Shown in pieces: positions 45,031 to 55,120 of a DNA stretch of 64,000 nucleotides. Position numbers and translations under genes: made by a program. Within the stretch, counting starts at the first letter, position 1, and each line of letters begins with the position of its first letter. Source of the DNA: Minisyncoccia bacterium. GTDB lineage: Bacteria; Patescibacteriota; Minisyncoccia; Phycocordibacterales; Phycocordibacteraceae. A model generated the notes under the pieces. That model saw nothing but the letters and a program-made list of their open reading frames with translations, had not been told where the DNA came from and did not search any database. The stretch lies in NCBI GenBank assembly GCA_050011835.1, contig JBEKII010000001.1, positions 22,473-86,472 of the forward strand. Direction: 5' to 3'.

Positions 45031-46499
45031 AGGACCGTCCGAGTCAATACCGGCCCATCAGACCCGTCATCCACACGATATCCCCTGTGTTCAATGTCGT
45101 TCCGGATACGGTCGGCCTCATTAAAATCTTTGGAGGCGCGCGTCGCTTCCCTGCGAGCGAGCATTTCTTTGATTTCTTTGGGTAATTCCGTTTCTTTTTG
45201 AACATGCGATGCGGGCGGAGTGAGAAGCGAGAGTCCCAGATGCGCATCGGCATCTTTTATAAGGCCGTATTTTTCTTCAGGCGTATAATCTTCGCTCTTA
45301 AGGGAATCCCAAAGGATGCCGAGTGCCTGCGGTGTCGCCAGGTCGTCGCGTACGGTAGCGAGAAAGAGCTCACGCGCTTCCGAAGGCGCGCTTCTCAATC
45401 GTGATTCGCGCGCGACGTCGCGCGAAAGATTCCAGAGTCGTTCAAGGGCGCTTGCCGCGCCCGCGAGTGCATCCCACGAAAAGGAGAGGGGAGTGCGATA
45501 GTACGCTTGAAGGAAAAAATAACGCAGCGAGAGCGGATGAAATCCTTTCTCAACGATGTCGGAGAGATACACGACATTGCCGAGCGACTTTGAGATTTTT
45601 TCTCCTTTCATAGTGAGAAATGAGTTGTGCATCCAGTAGTGAACGAAGGTGCGGCCGCTCGCCGCCTCGGACTGTGCAATCTCGTTGTTGTGATGTATGG
45701 CAATATGTTCTTCGCCACCCGTGTGAATGTCAATTTCCTGACCAAGCAGCGAGCGCGCCATCGCCGAACATTCAATATGCCATCCGGGATTGCCGCGGCC
45801 CCAGGGCGAGTCCCATTGTTGGAGATCGCCCGGCTTCGCGAGACGCCAGAGGACGAAATCAGCGGGATGGCGTTTCCCGAGAATGACTTTAACGCGAGCG
45901 CCTGCTTCCAGCTTCGCGCCAGAGAGCCCGCCGAGCTTCCCATAGCCAGGGAATTTTTGGGTATTGAAATAAAGCCCGTCGGAAAGGCGATAGGCGAATC
46001 CTTTTTCTTCAAGCGTTTTAACGAGCGCGATTTGTTCTTTTATGTATTCAGTCGCACGAGGAAAGAGGATAGCATCGGTATCAATATTAAGTTCCGCCAG
46101 GTCCTCCGTGAAAAATTTTGTATAGCGCGCCGCAATTTCCTTCGGTGTCGTATGTTCGCGTAAAGCGCCCGCCGTCATCTTGTCAACGCCCTCATCGCCA
46201 TCGCCGACCAGATGTCCGACATCCGTGATATTTATCACGCGCCGCACGCGATAATCGGCTCCCTGCAGTATGCGGGCAATCGTGTCGGAAAAAACATACG
46301 CGCGAAGATTGCCGATGTGCGCGCGGTCATATACCGTTGGTCCGCAAGAATAGAAAAGCGCCAGCCCGGGCTTCTGCGGTATGAAAAGTTCTTTTTTGCG
46401 CGAGAGCGTATTTGTGAAAAATATTTGCGGCGAACGACCCCGAAGAGCGTTTGTCCTTTTTCCGCACAAATTTTCCCATAAGCGCGACATCCATCCCAT
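45027..46499 (-). CDS. cysS: Cysteinyl-tRNA synthetase
   Basis: CGPTVYDRAHIGN (HIGH). KISKSLGN (KMSKS). The N-terminal start is uncertain. Confidence 0.85.
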   Translation of the reverse strand: MGWMSRLWENLCGKRTNALRGRSPQIFFTNTLSRKKELFIPQKPGLALFYSCGPTVYDRAHIGNLRAYVFSDTIARILQGADYRVRRVINITDVGHLVGDGDEGVDKMTAGALREHTTPKEIAARYTKFFTEDLAELNIDTDAILFPRATEYIKEQIALVKTLEEKGFAYRLSDGLYFNTQKFPGYGKLGGLSGAKLEAGARVKVILGKRHPADFVLWRLAKPGDLQQWDSPWGRGNPGWHIECSAMARSLLGQEIDIHTGGEEHIAIHHNNEIAQSEAASGRTFVHYWMHNSFLTMKGEKISKSLGNVVYLSDIVEKGFHPLSLRYFFLQAYYRTPLSFSWDALAGAASALERLWNLSRDVARESRLRSAPSEARELFLATVRDDLATPQALGILWDSLKSEDYTPEEKYGLIKDADAHLGLSLLTPPASHVQKETELPKEIKEMLARREATRASKDFNEADRIRNDIEHRGYRVDDGSDGPVLTRTVL

Positions 46500-46502
46500 A
46501 CG

Positions 46503-47312
46503 CTAAAAGAGCCAACGCATGCTAAGAGCGAGCGCAATGAGTTCTACGCTGAAAGTGATGACAGTCAGCATTTTCATAATTTGGTTTTGGCGCACTTCAA
46601 GCAACGCGGCATTGGTCTCGCGCAATTCGGTCGCGACTGCTCGATGCGCTGTCACTAATCGCATGACTTGCGCGCGTTCGGCGAGAATACGTTCGGCACG
46701 TTCGATGAAAGAAGCGTTAAAGAAGTCGCGCTGCGCGAGCGCCTTTAAGAAACGGCTCAACGGTTCTTCCTGATTTGCGAGTGCAGACTCCAGGTGCAGG
46801 AATTCGCGGCTAATATTTGAAATTGAACGTACGGTCGTGCGTTCGTGCCCGTCAAACATATCTCGTTCAATATTTTCAAGACGGCTCGCAATATAATTCG
46901 TGTGGTCGCATACCGAAGCATAGAGATGCGCGAAAATGATTTCCAGCAGGACATCGGTCGTAATGGGCTCGCGTTCGGTGACAAGGTCTCGCGTCTCAAG
47001 GAGTTTTTTCAAACGGTATAAAGAGGCGATTACTTCGTAACGCACTGTTATGATGAAATGTTTGCCAATAATAAAGTCAATTTCCTGATTTCCCGTTTCG
47101 TCATCTTTTTTTATGCTTTGCGCCGGGAAATGAAGCACGAGAAGCGCGCTCGTACCATCTCCCGTGACCAATGGCGTCGGGGTGGGGGAGAGAAGCTCGG
47201 TTTCAATGCGTTCATTGATTGAGAATTCTTGTGCGACGTGGCGTATCTCATCCCCAGTCGGTTGTTCAAGGTCAACCCATACACCGCCGCGATATTCATA
47301 TCGGAATACCAT
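46503..47312 (-). CDS. CorA-like divalent cation transporter, C-terminally short (possible pseudogene)
   Basis: N-terminal CorA-like cytoplasmic domain. Only one C-terminal hydrophobic helix and no GMN motif before the stop at 46503. Confidence 0.4.
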   Translation of the reverse strand: MVFRYEYRGGVWVDLEQPTGDEIRHVAQEFSINERIETELLSPTPTPLVTGDGTSALLVLHFPAQSIKKDDETGNQEIDFIIGKHFIITVRYEVIASLYRLKKLLETRDLVTEREPITTDVLLEIIFAHLYASVCDHTNYIASRLENIERDMFDGHERTTVRSISNISREFLHLESALANQEEPLSRFLKALAQRDFFNASFIERAERILAERAQVMRLVTAHRAVATELRETNAALLEVRQNQIMKMLTVITFSVELIALALSMRWLF

Positions 47313-47367
47313 GATTCTAGAATACCATATGTGCCTTTGCCGCTCCATGTATGCTACACTCCGTAAA

Positions 47368-48621
47368 ATGGATATTTCAGAAAAACGTAATCGCGGGCGG
47401 AGCATCGCGATGCGCGGCGTTTCGTTCGCTCTCGTCGCCGCGCTCGCATTCGGTGCCGGACTTTTTGTGGGCAACAGCGGTTCTACTACGTCGGTCATTT
47501 CGCATATCCCGCTTGTCGGCGACGGTCTTGACGCAACGCCGGACCAGAGTGTTGATTTCACCGATTTTTGGAAGGCATGGAATGCTCTTGAGGCAAATTA
47601 CGTCATCACGCACGCATCCTCAACGCTTCCTTCAACGAAGGACAGGCTTTTTGGCGCGATTTCTGGACTTGCTGCGTCGTATGGCGACCCATATACCGTT
47701 TTCTTTCCTCCCGAAGAAGCGAAACAGTTTTCCGATTCTATTTCAGGAAGCTTCGCGGGTGTCGGCATAGAGCTTGACGTGAAAAACAGCGTACTGACCG
47801 TCATTGCGCCGTTAAAAGGCACACCCGCGGAAACGGCCGGTATTAAAGCAGGTGACCAAATTGTCGCTATTGATGGAAAGTCAACTGACGGTGTTGCGAT
47901 TGATGAGGCGGTGAACGAAATTCGCGGCCCCACTGGTACAACGGTTGACCTTACCATCATTCGCGGCAGCAAAACGCTTGATATAAAAATCGTCCGCGAA
48001 ACGATTCAAGTTCCCGAAACCGACGATGGCCTTGATGCTGCGAGCGGCGTATACCACATCGCGCTTTACGAATTCACCGCGAATTCCGTGAATCTTTTTG
48101 ACCAGGCTTTCGCCCGTTTCAAGGCGTCGGGCTCTAAAAAACTTGTCATTGACTTACGTGGCGACCCGGGCGGCTATCTTGACGCGGCGGTTGATATCGC
48201 AAGCCATTTTATTCCTAAGGGAGCAGTAGTTGTTACCGAGGACTTTGACGGTAAAGCGCCGAGCGAACAGGATACCAGTTTCGGCTATGATGATACGCCG
48301 GCAGGGACAAAAATTGTTGTTCTTATTGATGGCGGTTCCGCGTCGGCTTCCGAAATTCTCGCGGGTGCTCTGCAAGATACTCATGTCGCGACTCTCATCG
48401 GTACAAAATCATTCGGCAAGGGCTCGGTGCAAACGCTTATAAATCTTGATGGCGGGTCGCTTAAGGTTACGGTTGCGCGTTGGATTACACCCGCTGGCCA
48501 TTGGATTATGGGCAACGGCATTACGCCCGACATTATCGTACCCGTTACCGATGCGGATATGGCAGCGAAACAAGACCCGCAAATGGTGCGCGCCATCCAA
48601 TTTTTGACGACGGGCAAATGA
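47368..48621 (+). CDS. ctpA: Carboxyl-terminal processing protease (S41, PDZ)
   Basis: PDZ segment. GGYLDAAVDIAS. VVLIDGGSASASEILAGALQD. Confidence 0.8.
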   Translation: MDISEKRNRGRSIAMRGVSFALVAALAFGAGLFVGNSGSTTSVISHIPLVGDGLDATPDQSVDFTDFWKAWNALEANYVITHASSTLPSTKDRLFGAISGLAASYGDPYTVFFPPEEAKQFSDSISGSFAGVGIELDVKNSVLTVIAPLKGTPAETAGIKAGDQIVAIDGKSTDGVAIDEAVNEIRGPTGTTVDLTIIRGSKTLDIKIVRETIQVPETDDGLDAASGVYHIALYEFTANSVNLFDQAFARFKASGSKKLVIDLRGDPGGYLDAAVDIASHFIPKGAVVVTEDFDGKAPSEQDTSFGYDDTPAGTKIVVLIDGGSASASEILAGALQDTHVATLIGTKSFGKGSVQTLINLDGGSLKVTVARWITPAGHWIMGNGITPDIIVPVTDADMAAKQDPQMVRAIQFLTTGK

Positions 48622-48639
48622 TGAGGTAGGGTAGTGCAT

Positions 48640-49083
48640 ATGAAAATTATTTTGCTTAAAGATATAAAAGGAATCGGGCAAGCGCACGATGCGGTGGAAA
48701 CGAAAGATGGTTATGCACTCAATTATCTTATCCCAAAGAAACTAGCAATTCCCGCGACTCCCGTTGCGCTTCAGGAAGCAGAAATGCGTCGTAAGCAAAT
48801 GAAGGACCGCGCCGTACTTAACGTCGCGCTCGCCGCGCAAAACATAGCTTCTCTCGCCGAAGCGCACATTGTCATTACTGCAAAGGCAAATGAAAAAGGG
48901 CATCTCTATGACGCAGTAGGGGAGCAGGAAATAAAAATGGCGGTGAAAGAACAGGCGCATATTGATCTTCCCGAGAATGCGATAAAAATTGAAAAGCCGC
49001 TCAAAGAACTCGGTACATTTGATATTCCAATCGCTACAGCCGATACGTTCGGGAAATTTTCTATTACAATTGAGGCGGAATAG
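48640..49083 (+). CDS. rplI: 50S ribosomal protein L9
   Basis: MKIILLKDIKGIGQAHDAVETKDGYALNYLIPKKLA. Confidence 0.85.
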   Translation: MKIILLKDIKGIGQAHDAVETKDGYALNYLIPKKLAIPATPVALQEAEMRRKQMKDRAVLNVALAAQNIASLAEAHIVITAKANEKGHLYDAVGEQEIKMAVKEQAHIDLPENAIKIEKPLKELGTFDIPIATADTFGKFSITIEAE

Positions 49084-49107
49084 TTTCTAAACGAAGAGAA
49101 AAGGAAC

Positions 49108-50040
49108 ATGCATAAAATTTATTTTTCAAGCGTTTGGGAAGATTACGCTTCTCTGAAGGAAGCATGTCAGCCTTCAGAAAACGATGTCGTTTTAACCGTC
49201 TCATCATCAGGAGACAATGTTTTTAATTTCCTTGCGGACAAAGTAAAAAAGGTCATTGCAGTTGACATCAATCTCGCTCAATTAAGTCTTGCGAAATTAA
49301 AACTGGAAATAATTCGTAGATATGAACGGGAGAAAGTGTTGGAATTATTCACCGGAATGGGAGACAAGCATAGAAATGGAATGTTGGTAAACGAATTGAT
49401 ATCTTCAGAGAGAGAATTTAAAGAGTATCTCACTAGTTTTAATTTTGATATAGGAATTGAAAATATCGGACAATTTGAGACCAAAGTCATTTCCATCCTA
49501 ACTTTTTTCGTACGAAGTTTTTTTAGACAAGCCGATTTTCAACATAACGAGAATCGAAGAAGAAATCGCGGAATATGCTTGAATATCTTACTAGCTATTT
49601 TTTCATTCAAAAAGATTTATAAATTTTTGATACCGGATTTTCCTTATGAATATATTAATATTGATACGAGAGAAAGTCTGAAAAATTCTCTAGACACTTT
49701 CCTTGCGAATAACGATTTTTCCAATAATTGGTATTTACAAAAAGTATATTACGGACACTATAAATTATCCCCGCCGTTTTTGCGTCCGGATAATTTTGAA
49801 TATATAAAGAAAAATGCAGAGCGTATTCTGTTCGTCAGGATGGATATGTTAGATTACTTGAGAGAATCAGAAGATAATTCTATAGATAAAATAAATTTCT
49901 CAGACATTTTCGACTGGTGTTCCCAAGAAGAATATTCTCGGATACTTCAAGAAAGTTATCGCGTGTTAACCCCCAACGGGCTTATTTTTTATCGGGAGTT
50001 GTTTGTCTCGCGCAAAGTCCCCCCCACATATAAAAAATAA
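49108..50040 (+). CDS. DUF3419/BtaA-like SAM-dependent protein (AT-rich, likely acquired)
   Basis: SSVWEDYASL...LTVSSSGDNVFNFL...VIAVDINLAQL parallels the BtaA/DUF3419 core (VWEDP, SAGCN, AVDLNPAQ). ~34% GC. Confidence 0.5.
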   Translation: MHKIYFSSVWEDYASLKEACQPSENDVVLTVSSSGDNVFNFLADKVKKVIAVDINLAQLSLAKLKLEIIRRYEREKVLELFTGMGDKHRNGMLVNELISSEREFKEYLTSFNFDIGIENIGQFETKVISILTFFVRSFFRQADFQHNENRRRNRGICLNILLAIFSFKKIYKFLIPDFPYEYINIDTRESLKNSLDTFLANNDFSNNWYLQKVYYGHYKLSPPFLRPDNFEYIKKNAERILFVRMDMLDYLRESEDNSIDKINFSDIFDWCSQEEYSRILQESYRVLTPNGLIFYRELFVSRKVPPTYKK

Positions 50041-50147
50041 GTTTCAAAACTTAGAAAACGAAGCACATAAAATATACAAAAGAGATAATGTTCCGTTTTA
50101 TCACAAAATCGTCTTGCTAAGAAAAATTTAGATTTTGAATTGAGATG

Positions 50148-50420
50148 TTAGATGACATCGGCTACTTTTTTTGCGACGATGCTTCCGTCAAATTTTGTTT
50201 TACGACGGGTACGATAGGCGACGGTGCCGGTAGTGAGAGAAAAGAGGGTATGGTCACGACCGACCGCTACGTTTTTACCCGCTTCTATTTTCGTGCCGCG
50301 CTGACGGACAATGACCATACCCGGACGGGCAGCAGCGCCGTCAGCGAGTTTTATTCCGAGATATTTTGGGTTTGAATCACGCAAATTCTTCACTGAACCG
50401 CCGGCTTTGGTATGTGCCAT
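50148..50420 (-). CDS. rpmA: 50S ribosomal protein L27
   Basis: MAHTKAGGSVKNLRDSNPKYLGIK...IVRQRGTKIEAGKNVAVGRDHTLF. Confidence 0.85.
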   Translation of the reverse strand: MAHTKAGGSVKNLRDSNPKYLGIKLADGAAARPGMVIVRQRGTKIEAGKNVAVGRDHTLFSLTTGTVAYRTRRKTKFDGSIVAKKVADVI

Positions 50421-50439
50421 AATGATATAATTTTACCCG

Positions 50440-50742
50440 ATGACTATAGCAAAAACGCGCGAGAAATGCAAAACAGTCATTGTGAGAATACCGCGCGATG
50501 CGCTCGTCATCGCCGTTCCTGTGCTTGCGTCGTTAGCGAGCTTCGGGCTCGGCTACCTTGCGGGATTAGATGTGGGCGTGCCTGCGCAAACAGGGCAGGA
50601 AAGTGAAGTCAAGATTGAGGAATCGTCCGCTATTTCAACAACGACGGCAATAAGACAAGTAGTTGCGTCAAAAAACGGCACGAAATATTATTCGCTTTTG
50701 TGTGCAGGAGCTGTCCGTATTTCAGATACAAATTACAAATAA
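50440..50742 (+). CDS. Hypothetical small membrane protein
   Basis: TM helix. C-terminal SKNGTKYYSLLCAGAVRISDTN. A hairpin follows. Confidence 0.4.
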   Translation: MTIAKTREKCKTVIVRIPRDALVIAVPVLASLASFGLGYLAGLDVGVPAQTGQESEVKIEESSAISTTTAIRQVVASKNGTKYYSLLCAGAVRISDTNYK

Positions 50743-50830
50743 AGTATGGCTCGCCTCTGTATCCGTTGCGGCGGGTTATACGCCGGCCGCAAATTGCAAA
50801 GGCATCTAATTTGTTACAATTCGTGTATAT

Positions 50831-51550
50831 ATGAATGATGATCTTACGGCCGAACGACTTGCGGAAGCGGTACATGAAGGAAGGCGCTCAATGCCTGATG
50901 TCCGCCCTCTTTTAGTTTGCAAACCAAAAAAAATAGAATCCTGGCGTGTGTTTAAGATTATGGCAGAGTTCGTTGAAGGATTTGATGTTATCCGTCGTTA
51001 CAATCTCGCGGTAACTATTTTCGGTAGCGCCCGAGCATCTTTTGAAGACGGTGTCTATAAAAATGCGACGGAGCTCGCGAGCCGTCTCGCGAAGAAGGGT
51101 TTCGCGGTAATCACCGGCGGCTCTTCCGGCGTCATGCGGGCCGCGAACAAAGGCGCGTTTGAAGCGGGAGGCGTTTCAGTCGGGCTCAATATAAATTTAC
51201 CGGACACGCAACCTTATAATCCGTACCTCACTGATAAATTCGGTTTTGACCATTTTTTCGTGCGGAAAGTAATGCTCACCTACGCTTCCGAAGTTTATGT
51301 TTACTTTCCGGGCGGTTTCGGGACTCTCAATGAATTTTTTGAAATCATTGCTCTCGTGCAGACCCAAAAGATTCGCAAGGTCCCTATCGTTCTCTTCGGA
51401 AGGGAATACTGGGAACCGCTCCTTTCTTTTATTGAAAAGACCCTTTATCAGAAACATGCAGCCATTGATGAAAAAGATATGGCGCTCTACACGCTCGTTG
51501 ATTCAGTTGATGAAGCATATAATTACATTGTCGCGAATATCCGTTGTTAG
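50831..51550 (+). CDS. LOG-family protein (TIGR00730 Rossmann-fold nucleotide-binding/lysine-decarboxylase-like)
   Basis: TIFGSARA...AVITGGSSGVMRAANKGA...YFPGGFGTLNEFFE. Confidence 0.75.
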   Translation: MNDDLTAERLAEAVHEGRRSMPDVRPLLVCKPKKIESWRVFKIMAEFVEGFDVIRRYNLAVTIFGSARASFEDGVYKNATELASRLAKKGFAVITGGSSGVMRAANKGAFEAGGVSVGLNINLPDTQPYNPYLTDKFGFDHFFVRKVMLTYASEVYVYFPGGFGTLNEFFEIIALVQTQKIRKVPIVLFGREYWEPLLSFIEKTLYQKHAAIDEKDMALYTLVDSVDEAYNYIVANIRC

Positions 51551-51678
51551 CTAATAAAGTCAAGGTAGGGGGAAGGGCTGGTCTGTCCGAGACCCCTTTA
51601 ATATAAGTGTCGCACAATATATCTTTTGCGCGGGTGCTTTATACGACATACACACGATATATACAAGTAATTACCTCC

Positions 51679-52338
51679 CTATCGTAATCTCTGCGGTTTC
51701 CGATTCGCACAAAATACTTTAAATGATTCCCATTCCATTACCTGTTGGCCTTTCTGGGGTTTTATTTCTTTTTTCCCTACGAGTTCATCTATCATTGATT
51801 GAGATAATTCGGGGTTCATCTGAAGAAAAATAATTGGATATTTTCGCATATGTTTACTCGCATATTTATGAAGTTTGCTGTTCAGACATCCAGCTAGATT
51901 TCTTCGATCGGATGGATAGAACACGTCGATACAAAAGTTTCCGTTGCAGTCGTATACGAAAAAATCCGCCCGAGTTCTCGCGTCATCAGTGAAGAAATAT
52001 TCTCGATGCACTAATTCTCGCCCGAATCGCTTGCAAAGAAATTCATACACCTCACGTTCGATCATATGAGCTCTTTTGCCGATTCTTACTGCGCGTTCAA
52101 TACTATGTGTACCAGTACGATAATCGTTTTGTCCGCCCAGGCCTAATTGCTTGCGGAGCGCAACAAGACCGCCAAAACGTCGTTCTACGGAACGTGCACT
52201 CGGCAAATACTCATACCGATCAACCTCAGGTCCGGTCGGGTAGTGCCCGTTTACTTTGGAAAACTCCTCAAGACCAGTTTTCAATTCTTCAAGTTTCCAC
52301 GGTTTTTGTCCGCCTTTGGATTGAGAACGAAGTGTCAT
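51679..52338 (-). CDS. Hypothetical protein, possibly with a restriction-endonuclease-like fold
   Basis: Segment RADFFVYDCNGNFCIDVF is reminiscent of Vsr/DUF559-type cores. Weak. Confidence 0.3.
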   Translation of the reverse strand: MTLRSQSKGGQKPWKLEELKTGLEEFSKVNGHYPTGPEVDRYEYLPSARSVERRFGGLVALRKQLGLGGQNDYRTGTHSIERAVRIGKRAHMIEREVYEFLCKRFGRELVHREYFFTDDARTRADFFVYDCNGNFCIDVFYPSDRRNLAGCLNSKLHKYASKHMRKYPIIFLQMNPELSQSMIDELVGKKEIKPQKGQQVMEWESFKVFCANRKPQRLR

Positions 52339-52433
52339 TTCCCCACTCTAGCATTAATGTCGTATAAGATAATTATAGTTTTTGCGACATTGCGGATAAC
52401 CGGCATAGCGAACACTTCCCTGCAATTCATTCG

Positions 52434-53789
52434 TTAAAGATACGATAACGGATTCAGATACGCAGTCAATGTCGCGACTGGCATTGTCGCATCGGCACAG
52501 CCAATTGTTGCGCCGCGAAATTGGCGCAAGGTCATTATCTCCGTGCCTTGGGTTGCATAAACGCCAAAATGAAGATGCGGGCCGGTTGCGTAACCGGTCA
52601 TACCCGAAAGGCCAATCAATTGCCCAGTACTTACTACTTGCCCTTTTGCGATATAAATTTCGGAAAGATGCGCATACATCGTGTTAAGACCATTACCGTG
52701 CACGAGCATTACCCATTTGCCGAATGAATAACATTGATTTCCTTTTGAGTCATGCACGAGATCAGTATTACCGGTGGCGAGCACGGTGCCCGAAAGAGCC
52801 GCTTGGACCGGCGAGCCGATAGGCGCAGCGATATCAATACCGTCGTGACCTTGCCCATTATAAATTTGAGGATTTGCCGTTGAGAACGCCGTGTTGCCAA
52901 AATATTGAGTAATGCAAAAAAGGTTTTTGAAGATGTTTTCTCTTTGCGTGCAATTGAACATGAAAGCCGCGCTGAACGGCCACGAGAGAATGCCCGAGCC
53001 AGTCTTCGGTAGAAGGTTTGGATTTACAATGAGATGCAATTGGCTCTGAAGATTGACCAGCTCTTCCTCAAACGATTGTTCCGATGCTTTTTTCTGCGCG
53101 ATAAGTTTCTGATAATTTGATTCTTGGTTTTTGGTTTGCGAAAGCAATTGCTGTTGGGCCATTTTACTGGCGTCAACGGAACGTTTCTGAAGCGTAAGTT
53201 CGTTTTGAAGTGACACGAGCTGCGTCTTCGTTTTCGTCACATCATCACGGTTTGTTGCAAGCTCGTTTCGCGCGGCGCGTAAGTCATCAATATTATTTGA
53301 AAGCGCTCGATTAAATTGCATCGCCTCGTCAGTTATTTGCCAGGCATCGGTAAGTGAATTTGCGGAAATGAGTCCAGTAATGAGCGGCATCTGTTCGCCT
53401 TCGGCAACACTCTGAAGCGCTTTCCCGATTGCATTTTGGTCTGCAGCAATGGATGTTTCCTTATCCCCAATGGAAAGTGTCAGTTGTTGTATTTGCAAAT
53501 TTGCCGACACGATTTTATTTTGAGTTACTTGAATTTGCGTCGCGAGTTGCTTCTGAGAAAGCGTTAGTGAATCAATCGTTGATTGGAGCGTATTCTTCTG
53601 TGCGCCGAGATTATCAAGTTGTTTCTGGTCCGCAGCAATATCCGTTTCGAGCGAATTGATCTGCTGATTGTTTGCATTTATTTTAGATTGTATGTCCGAT
53701 GCCGCATCGGCAAACACGAATCTCGGCACGCCGAGCACCACTCCAGCAATAAAGAGTGTAAGGACAAAAAAGGGCCGAACACGCATCAT
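52434..53789 (-). CDS. M23 family metallopeptidase with N-terminal coiled coil (EnvC-like)
   Basis: Signal peptide, long coiled coil, C-terminal HxxxD...HLHF M23 core (GQGHDGIDIAAP...GPHLHFGVY). Confidence 0.8.
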   Translation of the reverse strand: MMRVRPFFVLTLFIAGVVLGVPRFVFADAASDIQSKINANNQQINSLETDIAADQKQLDNLGAQKNTLQSTIDSLTLSQKQLATQIQVTQNKIVSANLQIQQLTLSIGDKETSIAADQNAIGKALQSVAEGEQMPLITGLISANSLTDAWQITDEAMQFNRALSNNIDDLRAARNELATNRDDVTKTKTQLVSLQNELTLQKRSVDASKMAQQQLLSQTKNQESNYQKLIAQKKASEQSFEEELVNLQSQLHLIVNPNLLPKTGSGILSWPFSAAFMFNCTQRENIFKNLFCITQYFGNTAFSTANPQIYNGQGHDGIDIAAPIGSPVQAALSGTVLATGNTDLVHDSKGNQCYSFGKWVMLVHGNGLNTMYAHLSEIYIAKGQVVSTGQLIGLSGMTGYATGPHLHFGVYATQGTEIMTLRQFRGATIGCADATMPVATLTAYLNPLSYL

Positions 53790-55120
53790 TCTTTGAGTAT
53801 AGCAATAGCTTTCTGAATGCGCGAAATCGTTTCTTCTTTACCGAGAATTGAGATAAGGGTGAAGGGGTCGGGCGAGCGTTCTTGCCCGGAAAGCGCGTAA
53901 CGCAAAGGCCAAAGTACGGCGCCCCGACCGCTCTTCCATTTCTTTTCCTCGGCGTCAGCAAGGGGCATAATGGTTCCTTTAACAGTTTCAGCCGATATTC
54001 TTTCTGGAAGGGCTTTTATGGTCTCAGAAAGACCTTCTAGGGCAATTTTAGTTATATCGGAGTGCCCGCCGCCCGGTTCTTTCGCGCGGAGCTGGTTTCG
54101 CTCAATAGTCGGTTTATTGAATAGAAAAGAAAGTTCACCAGAAAGCATTTCTCGCGCTTCGCTAAAAGTGTGTGCCCGCTCTTTAAGAAGCGGAATGGTT
54201 TTTTGAAGTTTTTCTGGGTCGCTTGTGGAGAAACTCCCTTGTGCGAGAAAGTCATCATCCGAGAGCTTGCGCATCCAGTGTTGATTTACCGAAAAAAGCT
54301 TCGTTTCGTCAAAGGTGGCGCTTCCTTTCTGCACGCGTGAAAGATCGAAAACGTCAATAAGCTCTTCCCGCGAAAGATATTCGCGATCGTCCCCAGGATT
54401 CCAGCCGAGAAATGCAACGTAATTAAGCATTGCCTCGGGCAATACGCCGACATCGCGATAGTCAGTTAACACTTTGGCTCCGGTGCGCTTGGAGAGTTTC
54501 TTATGCATGTTGTCCATAATGAGCGGCAAGTGCGCATATAAAGGTTCGGGGAAACCAAGCGCGCTCCGGATGAGCATTTGGCGCGCGGTGTTTGATATGT
54601 GATCTCCGCCGCGAATAACATGGGTGACCTGTTCATCAGCATCATCTACCACCACCGCGAAATGGAAGACAGGCTCATCAAACGAGCGCGCAATGATGAA
54701 ATCGCCGAGGTCATCCACTTTAGTTGTTATCTCGCCATGAATGACGTCGATAAAAGAAACCGTGCCGCCCGGATTTCTGAATCGGATGACCTCTTCCCTA
54801 TCGCCCGGCTTCTTTGGTATTTCTTTGGAAAGATATGCTGTGTCGTTGGCGATAATTTTTTCCAGAAGTTCGCGGTGCCGAGCACGATGTTCGCTTTGTC
54901 GATAGATATGATCGGCCAAGAGATGAAGCCAAGCGAGCGTGTCAAGAATATTTTCTTCGTATTCTTTTTTAGAACGCGCGGCGTCCGTATCTTCTATACG
55001 CACAATGAATTTGCCATCTTCGTGCTTTGCGAAAAGATAGGCGAAGATGGCAGTACGATAATTGCCGGCGTGTCCGAGACCGGTCGGCGAAGGTGCGAAG
55101 CGAGAGACGACATTACTCAT
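53786..55120 (-). CDS. gltX: Glutamyl-tRNA synthetase
   Basis: FAPSPTGLGHAGNYRTA (HIGH). KLSKR (KMSKS). Confidence 0.85.
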   Translation of the reverse strand: MSNVVSRFAPSPTGLGHAGNYRTAIFAYLFAKHEDGKFIVRIEDTDAARSKKEYEENILDTLAWLHLLADHIYRQSEHRARHRELLEKIIANDTAYLSKEIPKKPGDREEVIRFRNPGGTVSFIDVIHGEITTKVDDLGDFIIARSFDEPVFHFAVVVDDADEQVTHVIRGGDHISNTARQMLIRSALGFPEPLYAHLPLIMDNMHKKLSKRTGAKVLTDYRDVGVLPEAMLNYVAFLGWNPGDDREYLSREELIDVFDLSRVQKGSATFDETKLFSVNQHWMRKLSDDDFLAQGSFSTSDPEKLQKTIPLLKERAHTFSEAREMLSGELSFLFNKPTIERNQLRAKEPGGGHSDITKIALEGLSETIKALPERISAETVKGTIMPLADAEEKKWKSGRGAVLWPLRYALSGQERSPDPFTLISILGKEETISRIQKAIAILKE

